From an uncultured delta proteobacterium (GTDB taxonomy: Bacteria > Myxococcota_A > Polyangia > Palsa-1104): DNA of 64,000 nt. A model generated the notes under the pieces. That model was given only the letters and a program-made list of their open reading frames with translations. It ran no database searches and was not told the DNA's origin. Shown here piece after piece: positions 19,611 through 28,177 of this stretch. Each line of letters opens with the position of its first letter. Within the stretch, counting starts at the first letter, position 1. The translations under genes and the position numbers were made by a program. Where the stretch lies: assembly GCA_963785725.1 (NCBI GenBank), contig CAWAWS010000006.1, positions 120,128-184,127 of the forward strand. Reading direction: 5' to 3'.

Positions 19611-19865
19611 ATGAATATGAATCGCATGATGACTGCTCTCGCGCTTTCCGGTCTCTTCATCGCCGCGCCCGCGTTCGCCAAGACGGCGACGAAGCCGGTT
19701 GTCGCCGGCGCCAGTGACAAGGCGGTCGCCGGCTCCGACGCCAAGCCCGACGCGGCGCCCGCCGACGCGTCGGCGAAGCCGGCCAAGAAGACGAAGAAGA
19801 GCAAGAAGGCGACGACCGAGACGAAGACCGAGACGCCGGCTCCGTCGGACGCGCCGGCCAAGTAA
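19611..19865 (+). CDS. small secreted Lys/Ala/Thr-rich protein, paralog A
   Basis: The signal peptide is MMTALALSGLFIAAPAFA-KT, followed by a low-complexity mature part ending KPAKKTKKSKKATTETKTETPAPSDAPAK. An AGGAGA Shine-Dalgarno abuts ATG 19611, so the real start may be ATG 19617. Confidence 0.7.
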   Translation: MNMNRMMTALALSGLFIAAPAFAKTATKPVVAGASDKAVAGSDAKPDAAPADASAKPAKKTKKSKKATTETKTETPAPSDAPAK

Positions 19866-19902
19866 CGAACGCCGTAAACGAAAACAACCGAGGAGAATGC
19901 CT

Positions 19903-20166
19903 ATGAACCGTATCGTGAGTGCTGTGATGTTGTCGGGTCTGCTCGTCGCTGCGCCGGCCTTCGCCAAGACCGTTGCGCACAAGAGCGTGGCGACGGCGGG
20001 CGACAAGGCCGCGGGTTCGACCGACGCCAAGAGCGACGTGAAGACGGACGCGGCGGCGCCGGCGGACGCGTCGGCCAAGCCGGTCAAGAAGACGAAGAAG
20101 AGCAAGAAGGCCACGACCGAGACGAAGACGGATGCGCCGGCGCCGGCGGACGCTCCCGCCAAGTAG
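19903..20166 (+). CDS. small secreted Lys/Ala/Thr-rich protein, paralog B
   Basis: This is the in-frame tail of ORF 19699..20166. GAGGAG lies 7 nt upstream of ATG 19903. The product is MNRIVSAVMLSGLLVAAPAFA-KT...KPVKKTKKSKKATTETKTDAPAPADAPAK, clearly paralogous to 19611..19865. Confidence 0.7.
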   Translation: MNRIVSAVMLSGLLVAAPAFAKTVAHKSVATAGDKAAGSTDAKSDVKTDAAAPADASAKPVKKTKKSKKATTETKTDAPAPADAPAK

Positions 20167-20188
20167 TCGGGGCGAAAGCAGCGAATGG

Positions 20189-20230
20189 GGCCGGGCGGCG
20201 CGCGACGAATTCGCGGCCGCCCGGTCTTTT
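20189..20230 (+). terminator. intrinsic terminator after the paralog pair
   Basis: GGCCGGGCGGCGCGCGA-cgaat-TCGCGGCCGCCCGGTC forms a stem of about 15 bp with one bulge, followed by TTTT. It lies 23 nt after the stop at 20166. Confidence 0.7.
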
Positions 20231-20501
20231 GCGTACGTCGGAAGGGTCGGAAGCGAGCATTCGCGCGTGGCAGAAGGCGCGCGATGGGATCTGCGTGCAC
20301 GGACGGCTGACGACGTTGCGTCCAGCGACGGCAATCGACGTCGACCGTCTGGTCGCGTGGCACGCGGATTCGGAGGTCGCGCGCTATCGGGACAACGCGC
20401 GTTTCACGCGTGCAGAGTTGGATCGGCGGCCGTTCACGCCGCCGCGAGCAGCCGCCGCGACCACGCGCACTGTCGCGTCGACGGATCGAGGTCGACGATG
20501 A
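20229..20501 (+). pseudogene. possible remnant of a GNAT (RimJ/RimL-like) acetyltransferase N-terminus
   Basis: GRLTTLRPATAIDVDRLVAWHADSEVARYRDNARFTRAEL resembles the first ~45 aa of RimJ-type GNATs. No acetyl-CoA-binding core follows. The frame runs into the 3' end of the convergent gene 20434..20793. Confidence 0.25.
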
Positions 20502-20793
20502 TGCCGTGCGCGCCGACCTGACACACCACCGTGACGACTTCGATCTGCGCGTCCCCGACGATCCGCGTCGCCGTCGCGCGCGCGCCCACGCCGAGCGTGG
20601 CGATGGCGCGCTCCGCTTTGTCCTCCGACGTGAACGCGAGCAGGTAATTCGAGCCCCAGGCTTCGGCCTGCAGGTACGTCAGCTCGTCGTACATCCCGGG
20701 TTGCCGCGTCTGAATGAGCCAGAGGCGCGCGGCCAGCGAGAAGCCGTCGAAAGCGGATACGGAGTTCGGTTGAAGTTCCACGAGCAATAGCAA
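20434..20793 (-). CDS. hypothetical protein (weak SseB-like resemblance)
   Basis: 119-aa ORF with genome-typical codon usage. YLLAFTSEDKAERA and GIIVDLDP are reminiscent of SseB-family proteins, from memory only. Confidence 0.5.
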   Translation of the reverse strand: MLLLVELQPNSVSAFDGFSLAARLWLIQTRQPGMYDELTYLQAEAWGSNYLLAFTSEDKAERAIATLGVGARATATRIVGDAQIEVVTVVCQVGAHGIIVDLDPSTRQCAWSRRLLAAA

Positions 20794-20891
20794 TGCAAGA
20801 GCAACGCCCGGCTCGTCGGTCGGAACGCTCGCTCGTTGCTGGCTATGTCGAATTGTGACGAAAGGGGCCGCAGCCCGGAGTCATGCTGGTG

Positions 20892-21446
20892 CTAGTAGTC
20901 GTCGTTGCCGTCCCAGCGCCACTTGCCGCGCTCGCGGTCTTCCTCTTTGGGACGACCTTCGCCCGGACGCTTCTTGGCGTCGGCGCGCTTTTCGGGACGA
21001 GCCGCGCGGCGGCGTCCCTCTTCCTTGTCGACCGTCGCCGACGCGACCGGATAGCGCGGACCACCGCGGAAGCCGCCCGGCGCGCCACCGAAGCCGCCCG
21101 GACGCGGACCACCCGGGCCACGCGGCGGACCGCTGCCCGGCGGACCGCCGAAGCCACCCGGACGCGGACGCGGCGCCGGCCGCGGGTCGCCCGGCTTACG
21201 CTCCTGCGCCTTCTCGACGAAGACGTTGCGTCCCGAGAGCATCACGCCGTTCCACTGTTTGATCGCCGAGTCGGCGTCAGCATCAGTCGCGACTTCGATG
21301 AACGCGAAGCCACGCGGCCGCTGCGTCTCCCGATCGAGCGCGATGCGAACGCTCTGAACCGTTCGCCCTTCCTGACTGAATGCCTCGCGAAGCTCCAGCT
21401 CCGTGATCGCGTACGACAGATTCCCCACGAACAACTTGGTACCCAC
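20892..21446 (-). CDS. RRM-type RNA-binding protein with Gly/Pro/Arg-rich and charged C-terminal tail
   Basis: ORF 20892..21554 trimmed to GTG 21446 (AAGGAG 12 nt upstream). RNP2 is KLFVGNLSY and RNP1 is RGFAFIEV. The tail is PRPGGFGGPPGSGPPRGPGGPRPGGFGG..., ending WRWDGNDDY. Confidence 0.85.
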   Translation of the reverse strand: MGTKLFVGNLSYAITELELREAFSQEGRTVQSVRIALDRETQRPRGFAFIEVATDADADSAIKQWNGVMLSGRNVFVEKAQERKPGDPRPAPRPRPGGFGGPPGSGPPRGPGGPRPGGFGGAPGGFRGGPRYPVASATVDKEEGRRRAARPEKRADAKKRPGEGRPKEEDRERGKWRWDGNDDY

Positions 21447-21647
21447 GGTCCGATCGCGCTCCTTTTTTGCTGCTACCGTTCCAATGATCACAACGCGTGA
21501 CCAATGTTCCCACAGTAAGGGCTCGCGCAAACAGTAGCAAGCGCGAAACAGCACAATTCACTACTGAATAAGTCTAAGCTGGAACTCGTATCATGTACAG
21601 GGAACGCAGGCGTCCACCGTCCGATGCGCTGCGTTAGGAGCACACTC

Positions 21648-23039
21648 ATGAGCCGCTCGTTGTCGACGATCCTGGTCAGCGTCTTCGGCCTCGTCGCTGC
21701 GCCTGCGTGGGCCCAGCAGCCGATGGCGCCGCAGTCGCCGCAGCCGATCGTCCCGCAGCCACAACAATACGCCCAGCCGACGAGCCCGCAACCGTCGGTG
21801 CAGCCGATTCCGCCCTACGATGTCCCGCAATACAGCCCGCCGCCGTCTCAGCTGCAGCCGGGCGAGTACGGCGACGATGACGAGGAAGAGGAAGGCTACG
21901 ACGTCACCTACGACGTCATGCAGCCGGACGCGCAGCAGCAGGATTACGACGACGGTTACGATCCCGAGGCCTACCAGCAGTTCGAGTCGCAGCTGTCGCC
22001 CTACGGCACGTGGGAAGACAGCGGCACCTACGGTCGCGTTTGGGTGCCGTCGCCGGGTGTCGTCGGCGGCGACTTCCAGCCCTACGACACCGACGGTTAC
22101 TTCGCCAACACCGACTACGGCTGGACCTGGGTCAGCAACTACAACTGGGGCTGGGCGCCGTTTCATTACGGTCGCTGGATGGTCTTGAGCGGTCGCGGCT
22201 GGTGTTGGATGCCGGGCACGCAGTGGGGCCCGGCGTGGGTCAACTGGCGCTTCGGCGGCGGCTATGCCGGCTGGTCGCCGATGGCGCCGCGCGGAGTCAG
22301 CATCGGCGCGCCGCGCGGCACGCGGGGGCCGTGGCGCTTCACGACGGCGGGGCAGCTGGGCGCGGTGCATCCGGCGTATCTCCCGTCGCGCGTGATGCCG
22401 TCGGTGTGGGGACGCACGCAGGCGATCAACAACGTGTCCAACGTGCGCGTCGGCGGCGTCGGCGTGCGCATCAACGCCGGGCCGTCGCCGGCGATGGTGG
22501 CGTCGGCGACGGGCCGCGTGGTCGCGCCGGTGCCGCTGCACACGCTGGCGCCGATGGCGCTGCCGCGCGCGACGGTCGTCGCGCACGCGGGCACGCCGAT
22601 GGCGTCGCGGCCGTGGATGCAGTCGCGGCCGATCGGCGGCAGCTTCGCGCGGCCGGCGAACAACGCGCGCTGGCTGGGCGCGGCGAGCGCGTCGCACGCG
22701 ATGCCGACGATGGGCAGCAACTATCGTGGCTACACGCCGCAGCCGGCCTATCGCGCGCCGATGCAGCAGCCGTATCGCGGCACGCCCATGCAGCCGGTGC
22801 GCTATTCGCAGCCGGTGTATCGCGCGCCGATGCCCGCGCAGCAGTATCACTACGCGCAGCCGGTCTATCGCTCGACGTACAGCGCGCCGTCGTTCCACGT
22901 GAGCGCGCCGACGTACAACGCGCCCAGCGCCCCCACGTACAGCGCGCCCGCGCCCGTTTCGCACGGCGGCTTCAGCGGCGGCGTGTCGGGCGGCGGCTTT
23001 CACGGCGGCGGCGGCGGTCACTCGGGCGGGCATCGCTGA
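21648..23039 (+). CDS. secreted Pro/Gln-rich protein with Trp-rich conserved core (DUF6600-like)
   Basis: ORF 21624..23039 trimmed to ATG 21648 (TAGGAG 7 nt upstream). The signal peptide is LVSVFGLVAAPAWA-QQ. The core is YGWTWVSNYNWGWAPFHYGRWMVLSGRGWCWMPGTQWGPAWVNW. The tail is Tyr/Pro/Gln-rich, then Gly-rich. Confidence 0.8.
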   Translation: MSRSLSTILVSVFGLVAAPAWAQQPMAPQSPQPIVPQPQQYAQPTSPQPSVQPIPPYDVPQYSPPPSQLQPGEYGDDDEEEEGYDVTYDVMQPDAQQQDYDDGYDPEAYQQFESQLSPYGTWEDSGTYGRVWVPSPGVVGGDFQPYDTDGYFANTDYGWTWVSNYNWGWAPFHYGRWMVLSGRGWCWMPGTQWGPAWVNWRFGGGYAGWSPMAPRGVSIGAPRGTRGPWRFTTAGQLGAVHPAYLPSRVMPSVWGRTQAINNVSNVRVGGVGVRINAGPSPAMVASATGRVVAPVPLHTLAPMALPRATVVAHAGTPMASRPWMQSRPIGGSFARPANNARWLGAASASHAMPTMGSNYRGYTPQPAYRAPMQQPYRGTPMQPVRYSQPVYRAPMPAQQYHYAQPVYRSTYSAPSFHVSAPTYNAPSAPTYSAPAPVSHGGFSGGVSGGGFHGGGGGHSGGHR

Positions 23040-23122
23040 CACACCGCGCGTCCGTTCGTCCTTCTTTGCGCCGCTAAGGCCACGGCCGGAGCGGCTCGGT
23101 CATTCGAGCGAGCGTTCGTCCG

Positions 23123-23138
23123 CGGAGCAACGGTTGCA
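23123..23138 (+). promoter_or_regulatory. sigma54-like promoter candidate upstream of the NtrC-family gene
   Basis: CGGAGC-AACGG-TTGCA has correct GG-N10-GC spacing and a perfect -12 TTGCA, but a weak -24. It lies 31 nt upstream of ATG 23169. Confidence 0.35.
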
Positions 23139-23168
23139 GCCATCCGTCCGCGACCCCACAACCCAACT

Positions 23169-24644
<1,476 letters not shown>

Positions 24645-24728
24645 AACCGCTTTGCCTACTTTGGGCGTCACACACGTGTTTTCGCCGCTCGTCCCGCCCG
24701 ATCCGCGACGCCGCCGCCGAAAGTAAGT

Positions 24729-24744
24729 TGGCCCGCGATTAGCA
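24729..24744 (+). promoter_or_regulatory. sigma54 (-24/-12) promoter candidate
   Basis: TGGCCC-GCGAT-TAGCA compares with TGGCAC-N5-TTGCW. There is one mismatch in each element and the spacing is exact. It lies 29 nt upstream of ATG 24773 and 85 nt downstream of the NtrC-family gene stop. Confidence 0.55.
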
Positions 24745-24772
24745 ATGTGTCGGCGCAGGAGGCGGGGACAAC

Positions 24773-24940
24773 ATGAAAAACTTCGAGCCCGGTACGATCA
24801 TTCAGCATTACGGCGTCTATCGCTGCTCCTGCGGCGATCACGAGTTCTTCGGCGTTTCAGGTCGTCTCTTTCCGCGCGTCCACTGCCCGTCGGGAAATTG
24901 GGAGATGAAGCATCGTTCGCGCGAGGAGAAGTTCTTTTAG
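24773..24940 (+). CDS. unannotated 55-aa Cys/His mini-protein
   Basis: The ORF appears to be too short for the supplied track. AGGAGG lies 10 nt upstream of the ATG. The product is MKNFEPGTIIQHYGVYRCSCGDHEFFGVSGRLFPRVHCPSGNWEMKHRSREEKFF. The TAG stop lies 2 nt before ATG 24943 of the next gene. Confidence 0.55.
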   Translation: MKNFEPGTIIQHYGVYRCSCGDHEFFGVSGRLFPRVHCPSGNWEMKHRSREEKFF

Positions 24941-24942
24941 TC

Positions 24943-26079
24943 ATGACGACGCTGCGACGATTGGCGATCACGCTGTCGGGCGCGGGCGACGGCGCGGCCT
25001 TGGACGCGGCGTTGGCGTTGGCCGAGCGCGCGCCGGTGTCGTTGGCGCTCGATTGCGAGACGCTGATGGCGGTGGCGCGCACGCAGCCCGAGCGACTGGC
25101 GGCCTTGCGCGCGGCGTTCGAGTCGGGGCAGCTCCGGCCGCTCTTGACGACGGCGCACCGCGCGTCACCGGCGCTGCTCGACGCGGCCGAGCTGGCCGAC
25201 GAGCTGCGCCTCGACGAGGAGCTCGTGCAGTCGCTCTTCGGCGTGACGCTGTCGCCGCGCGGCTTCGCCGGCGTCGCGGACGTCGCCGCGCTGGAGCAAG
25301 CGGGCGTCGACTATGTCCTCGCCAACCCCGATGTCGAGCCGCAGCGCGTGGGCGAGCGGCTGATCGCGCTGCCGGCCTTGCGTTGGTCCTTGTCGACGTT
25401 GGATTTGGTGGTGGCGCTGGAGACGATCGATCGGCTGCGCGCCGAAGGGTTCACGCTCGTCGGCGCCGACGAGCTGGCGGCGTCGTTGACGGCGCCGTGG
25501 CTTCCGCGCGGCGCGGCCGAGACCGAGGCGGTGCCGGCGAGCTTGCGCGCGCTGGCGGCGCTCACCGGCTGGTGCTTGGACGCGTTCGGGCTGCCGCGCG
25601 TACCGGGCGTGGCGGCGGCGTCGCTGGCCGAAGAAGGCTGGCGGCTCGAGCGCTTCTCGGCGCGGGCGCGGCTGCCGTTGACGCGTCGGCGCGGCTTGGC
25701 GGCCGAGCGGCGCGCGTTCGTGGCGGCCTATGAAGTGTGCGACGTGCTCGCCGTCGAGACGCGCGTGCCGGGAACGCGGATTCACGCGGCTGGCGCGCTC
25801 GACGCCGGCGTGATGCCGCTCATGACGGCGCTCGCGGACGAGCATGGCGCAGGCGATCCGATGGCGCGGGCGGGCGCGGCGTACGACGAGCTGGTCGCGT
25901 TCGGCTTCTTGGGGGCGACGCGCTGGCGGGCGCTCTTGTCGGGGCTGCGGGATGCGTTCGCGCTGCTGGCGTCGCGGCGTGCGGTCGACTGGTCGGTCGT
26001 GGCGGAGGCGGAGGCGGACGTCGAGCAGTGGACGCAGCCGCTGTATGCGAGCGAGACGAGCGGCTCGGCCGTGAATTAG
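24943..26079 (+). CDS. hypothetical protein (378 aa)
   Basis: ORF 24745..26079 trimmed to ATG 24943 (MTTLRRLAITLSG...), because the Arg-rich upstream part overlaps the mini-ORF in another frame. Codon usage is genome-typical and no confident domain was recognised. A resemblance to the GH57/CE4-type N-terminal barrel is faint and unverified. Confidence 0.7.
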   Translation: MTTLRRLAITLSGAGDGAALDAALALAERAPVSLALDCETLMAVARTQPERLAALRAAFESGQLRPLLTTAHRASPALLDAAELADELRLDEELVQSLFGVTLSPRGFAGVADVAALEQAGVDYVLANPDVEPQRVGERLIALPALRWSLSTLDLVVALETIDRLRAEGFTLVGADELAASLTAPWLPRGAAETEAVPASLRALAALTGWCLDAFGLPRVPGVAAASLAEEGWRLERFSARARLPLTRRRGLAAERRAFVAAYEVCDVLAVETRVPGTRIHAAGALDAGVMPLMTALADEHGAGDPMARAGAAYDELVAFGFLGATRWRALLSGLRDAFALLASRRAVDWSVVAEAEADVEQWTQPLYASETSGSAVN

Positions 26080-26359
26080 CGCGCGGCGGCTGCCGCGGCG
26101 AGCGGCGGAATGCGCGACTGGCGCGGCGGGCGGCGGATGACGCGGCTGGCCGCGCGGTCGGATGAGCGGTTTACGGCTTGGCTGCGGCGCGCGGGATTCC
26201 GGTGGAATCGCGCGCCGCAGCTCCGTCGTGCCGGCCATCGGTGGATCGCGCACGACGATCGCGAGGCTTATCGCGGGCTCGGTCTCGCAGCGCCGACGTT
26301 CGCCCCCAAGCGCAACGCTTACGGCGAGCACACGTTCGCGCGTCGCAGCTCCGGACGCG

Positions 26360-26824
26360 TCAGCGGGCGAACGACATCTGCAGTATGCGATCCATCGCCG
26401 CGTGATACGGGAATCCGCCGGCGCGATGCCGTTCGGCGCCGGCGGCGGCGCGGTAGTAGAGCGCCAGCGCCCGCGCGTGATCTTGGTCGCGCAGGCGTTC
26501 CGCGAGCTCGAACTCGACGGGCTCGACGGCGCCCGGGACGTCGTGCTCGACGGCGCGCTCGAGGCGTCGGCGCGCGCCCTCGGCGTCGCCGAGCGCGTCG
26601 CAGGCGTGGGCGGCGCCGACGAGCGCGTCGAGCCGGTCGGCGTCGGTCGCGTCCTTGCGCGCGGCGGCGGCGTCATAGCGGCGCAAGGCGTCGCCGGCGC
26701 GGCCCGCCTGCGCGGCACCGGCGGCGCGCGCGATCGCTTGGCGCGGCGTGCCGGCGCAGCCCGTCGCGGCGACGGCGAGCGCGCCCAGCAGCAGCACTGT
26801 CGGAGCGGTGCGCGCGCGTGGCAT
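26360..26824 (-). CDS. lipoprotein with TPR-like helical repeats
   Basis: ORF 26360..26890 trimmed to ATG 26824 (MPRARTAPTVLLLGALAVAATGC lipobox). The Ala/Arg/Asp-rich helical repeats resemble TPR. Confidence 0.65.
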   Translation of the reverse strand: MPRARTAPTVLLLGALAVAATGCAGTPRQAIARAAGAAQAGRAGDALRRYDAAAARKDATDADRLDALVGAAHACDALGDAEGARRRLERAVEHDVPGAVEPVEFELAERLRDQDHARALALYYRAAAGAERHRAGGFPYHAAMDRILQMSFAR

Positions 26825-26834
26825 ATTCGTTAGC

Positions 26835-27359
26835 ATGTCGAAGATCGACCTCGCGCTCAAGGAGACGTTCCGCCACGCCCGCAACGCCATCGAATCCTAC
26901 GGCGTTCGCGTCTACATCGGCGACGTCCAGGATCCCAACACCGGCATCTTCGACGGCGCCGAAATCGGCATCGATTACGCCAACGATCTCGAAATGTCGC
27001 TGTTCGTGCTCGTGCACCTCTTCGGCCACACGGTGCAGTGGAATACGGTGCCGGCCTATCGCACGATCGATCAGCGGGCCAAGCCGGGCGCGCCGCCGGA
27101 CGTGATCGAAGAGGCGCGCGTCTACGAGCAGAACGCCTCGCGCTACGGCCTGCAGCTGCTGCACGAGGCCAAGGTCCTCGATCGCGATCAGTGGATCAGC
27201 GACTGGTGGGCATCCGACTGGAAGTATCTATCGACGTTCTACCGGACGGGAAAGCTGCCGGCTTGGAGCGACTGTCGCTCGACCGGCCACGGCCTCATCA
27301 CGCCGCTGGCCATCCCCGAGTTCGTCGCCCACCGCTATTACACGCGCTACGCCTTCTAG
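26835..27359 (+). CDS. hypothetical protein with HLFGH motif
   Basis: ORF 26748..27359 trimmed to ATG 26835 (MSKIDLALKETFRHARNAIESYG...). It contains LFVLVHLFGHTVQW, a possible metal-binding HxxxH. No family was recognised. Confidence 0.65.
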   Translation: MSKIDLALKETFRHARNAIESYGVRVYIGDVQDPNTGIFDGAEIGIDYANDLEMSLFVLVHLFGHTVQWNTVPAYRTIDQRAKPGAPPDVIEEARVYEQNASRYGLQLLHEAKVLDRDQWISDWWASDWKYLSTFYRTGKLPAWSDCRSTGHGLITPLAIPEFVAHRYYTRYAF

Positions 27360-27403
27360 CCGCGCCTCTCGATAGTTCTCGTCGCGAACCAATATGGTTC
27401 GCG

Positions 27404-28177
27404 TCACGAACGATCGGTGCCCCACACTTCGCGGACGCGCGCTTCCAGCCGCTGGAAAATGAGCACTTCGGTCACCAGGCCGAGCGCGACGATCGCCACC
27501 ATCACCGCCATGACGCGTGCCATGTCGCCGAGCTCGCGTCCCGTCGCCAGCAGCTGCCCGAGCCCGCCCGACACGAAGAGCAGCTCGCCGGCCATCAGCG
27601 AGCGCCAGGCGAACGTCCAGCCGAGCCGCATGCCGCTGATGATCGACGGCAGCGCCGCCGGCAAGATCACGCGCAAGTAGAGCGTCATGCCTTTGGCGCC
27701 CATCGTGCGCGCGGCGCGCAGGTAGAGCGGCGGCACGTTGCGCACGCCCGCTTCCGTGGCCACCGTGACCGAGAGCAGCGAGCCGGCGATGACGACGAAC
27801 AAGATCGCCGACTCCGACAGCCCGAACCACAAGAGCGCCAGCGGCAGCCAGCAGATCGACGGCAGCGCCTGCAGCCCGGTCACGATCGTGCCTATCGATT
27901 CGCGCAGCGTCCGCGAGCGCGCCAGCATGAGGCCGAGCGTGATGCCGGCGACGAGCGAGATGAAGTAGCCGATGAGCAGGCGCCGCATCGACACGGCGAT
28001 TCCCCATGGGATGCTGCCGTCGACGATGCCGCTATAGAAGCTGCGCGCGATGGCCAGCGGCGATGGGAAAACCCACGGCTTCCACAGCCCGAGCCTAGAT
28101 GCCCCCTCCCATGCCACCAGCAGGATCAGGAGGAACAGCGCCCGGCGTAGGCTGCCACGCATCGTCGATCTCCTCAC
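27404..28177 (-). CDS. ABC transporter permease (nitrate/sulfonate/taurine NitT/TauT type)
   Basis: 257-aa polytopic ORF. It has an EAA-like loop (LYLRAARTMGAKGMTLYLRVILPAALPSIISG) typical of SsuC/TauC-type permeases. The start may lie at a downstream Met. Confidence 0.85.
   Translation of the reverse strand: MRRSTMRGSLRRALFLLILLVAWEGASRLGLWKPWVFPSPLAIARSFYSGIVDGSIPWGIAVSMRRLLIGYFISLVAGITLGLMLARSRTLRESIGTIVTGLQALPSICWLPLALLWFGLSESAILFVVIAGSLLSVTVATEAGVRNVPPLYLRAARTMGAKGMTLYLRVILPAALPSIISGMRLGWTFAWRSLMAGELLFVSGGLGQLLATGRELGDMARVMAVMVAIVALGLVTEVLIFQRLEARVREVWGTDRS

Noticed and set aside
26110-26370. The N-terminal ~85 aa of ORF 26110..27105 (MRDWRGG...RFTAWLRRAGFRWNRAPQL...AYGEHTFARR) look more protein-like than typical shadow ORFs and fill a 280-nt gap.
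   Set aside because: The frame has no stop until 27105. It runs antisense through a well-supported lipoprotein gene and into the next gene. No Shine-Dalgarno or family motif was recognised. It could be a relic, but that is not supportable from sequence alone.
25165-26718. Very long Arg/Pro/Ala-rich ORFs antisense to, or out of frame with, recognisable genes. Examples are 25165..26718, 268..1503, 2001..3455, 14576..16843, 31247..32674, 38739..40586, 21591..23042 and 59533..60732.
   Set aside because: These are typical shadow ORFs of GC-rich DNA. They show extreme R/A/P/G composition, carry no motifs, and each overlaps a gene with clear family signatures on the other strand or frame.
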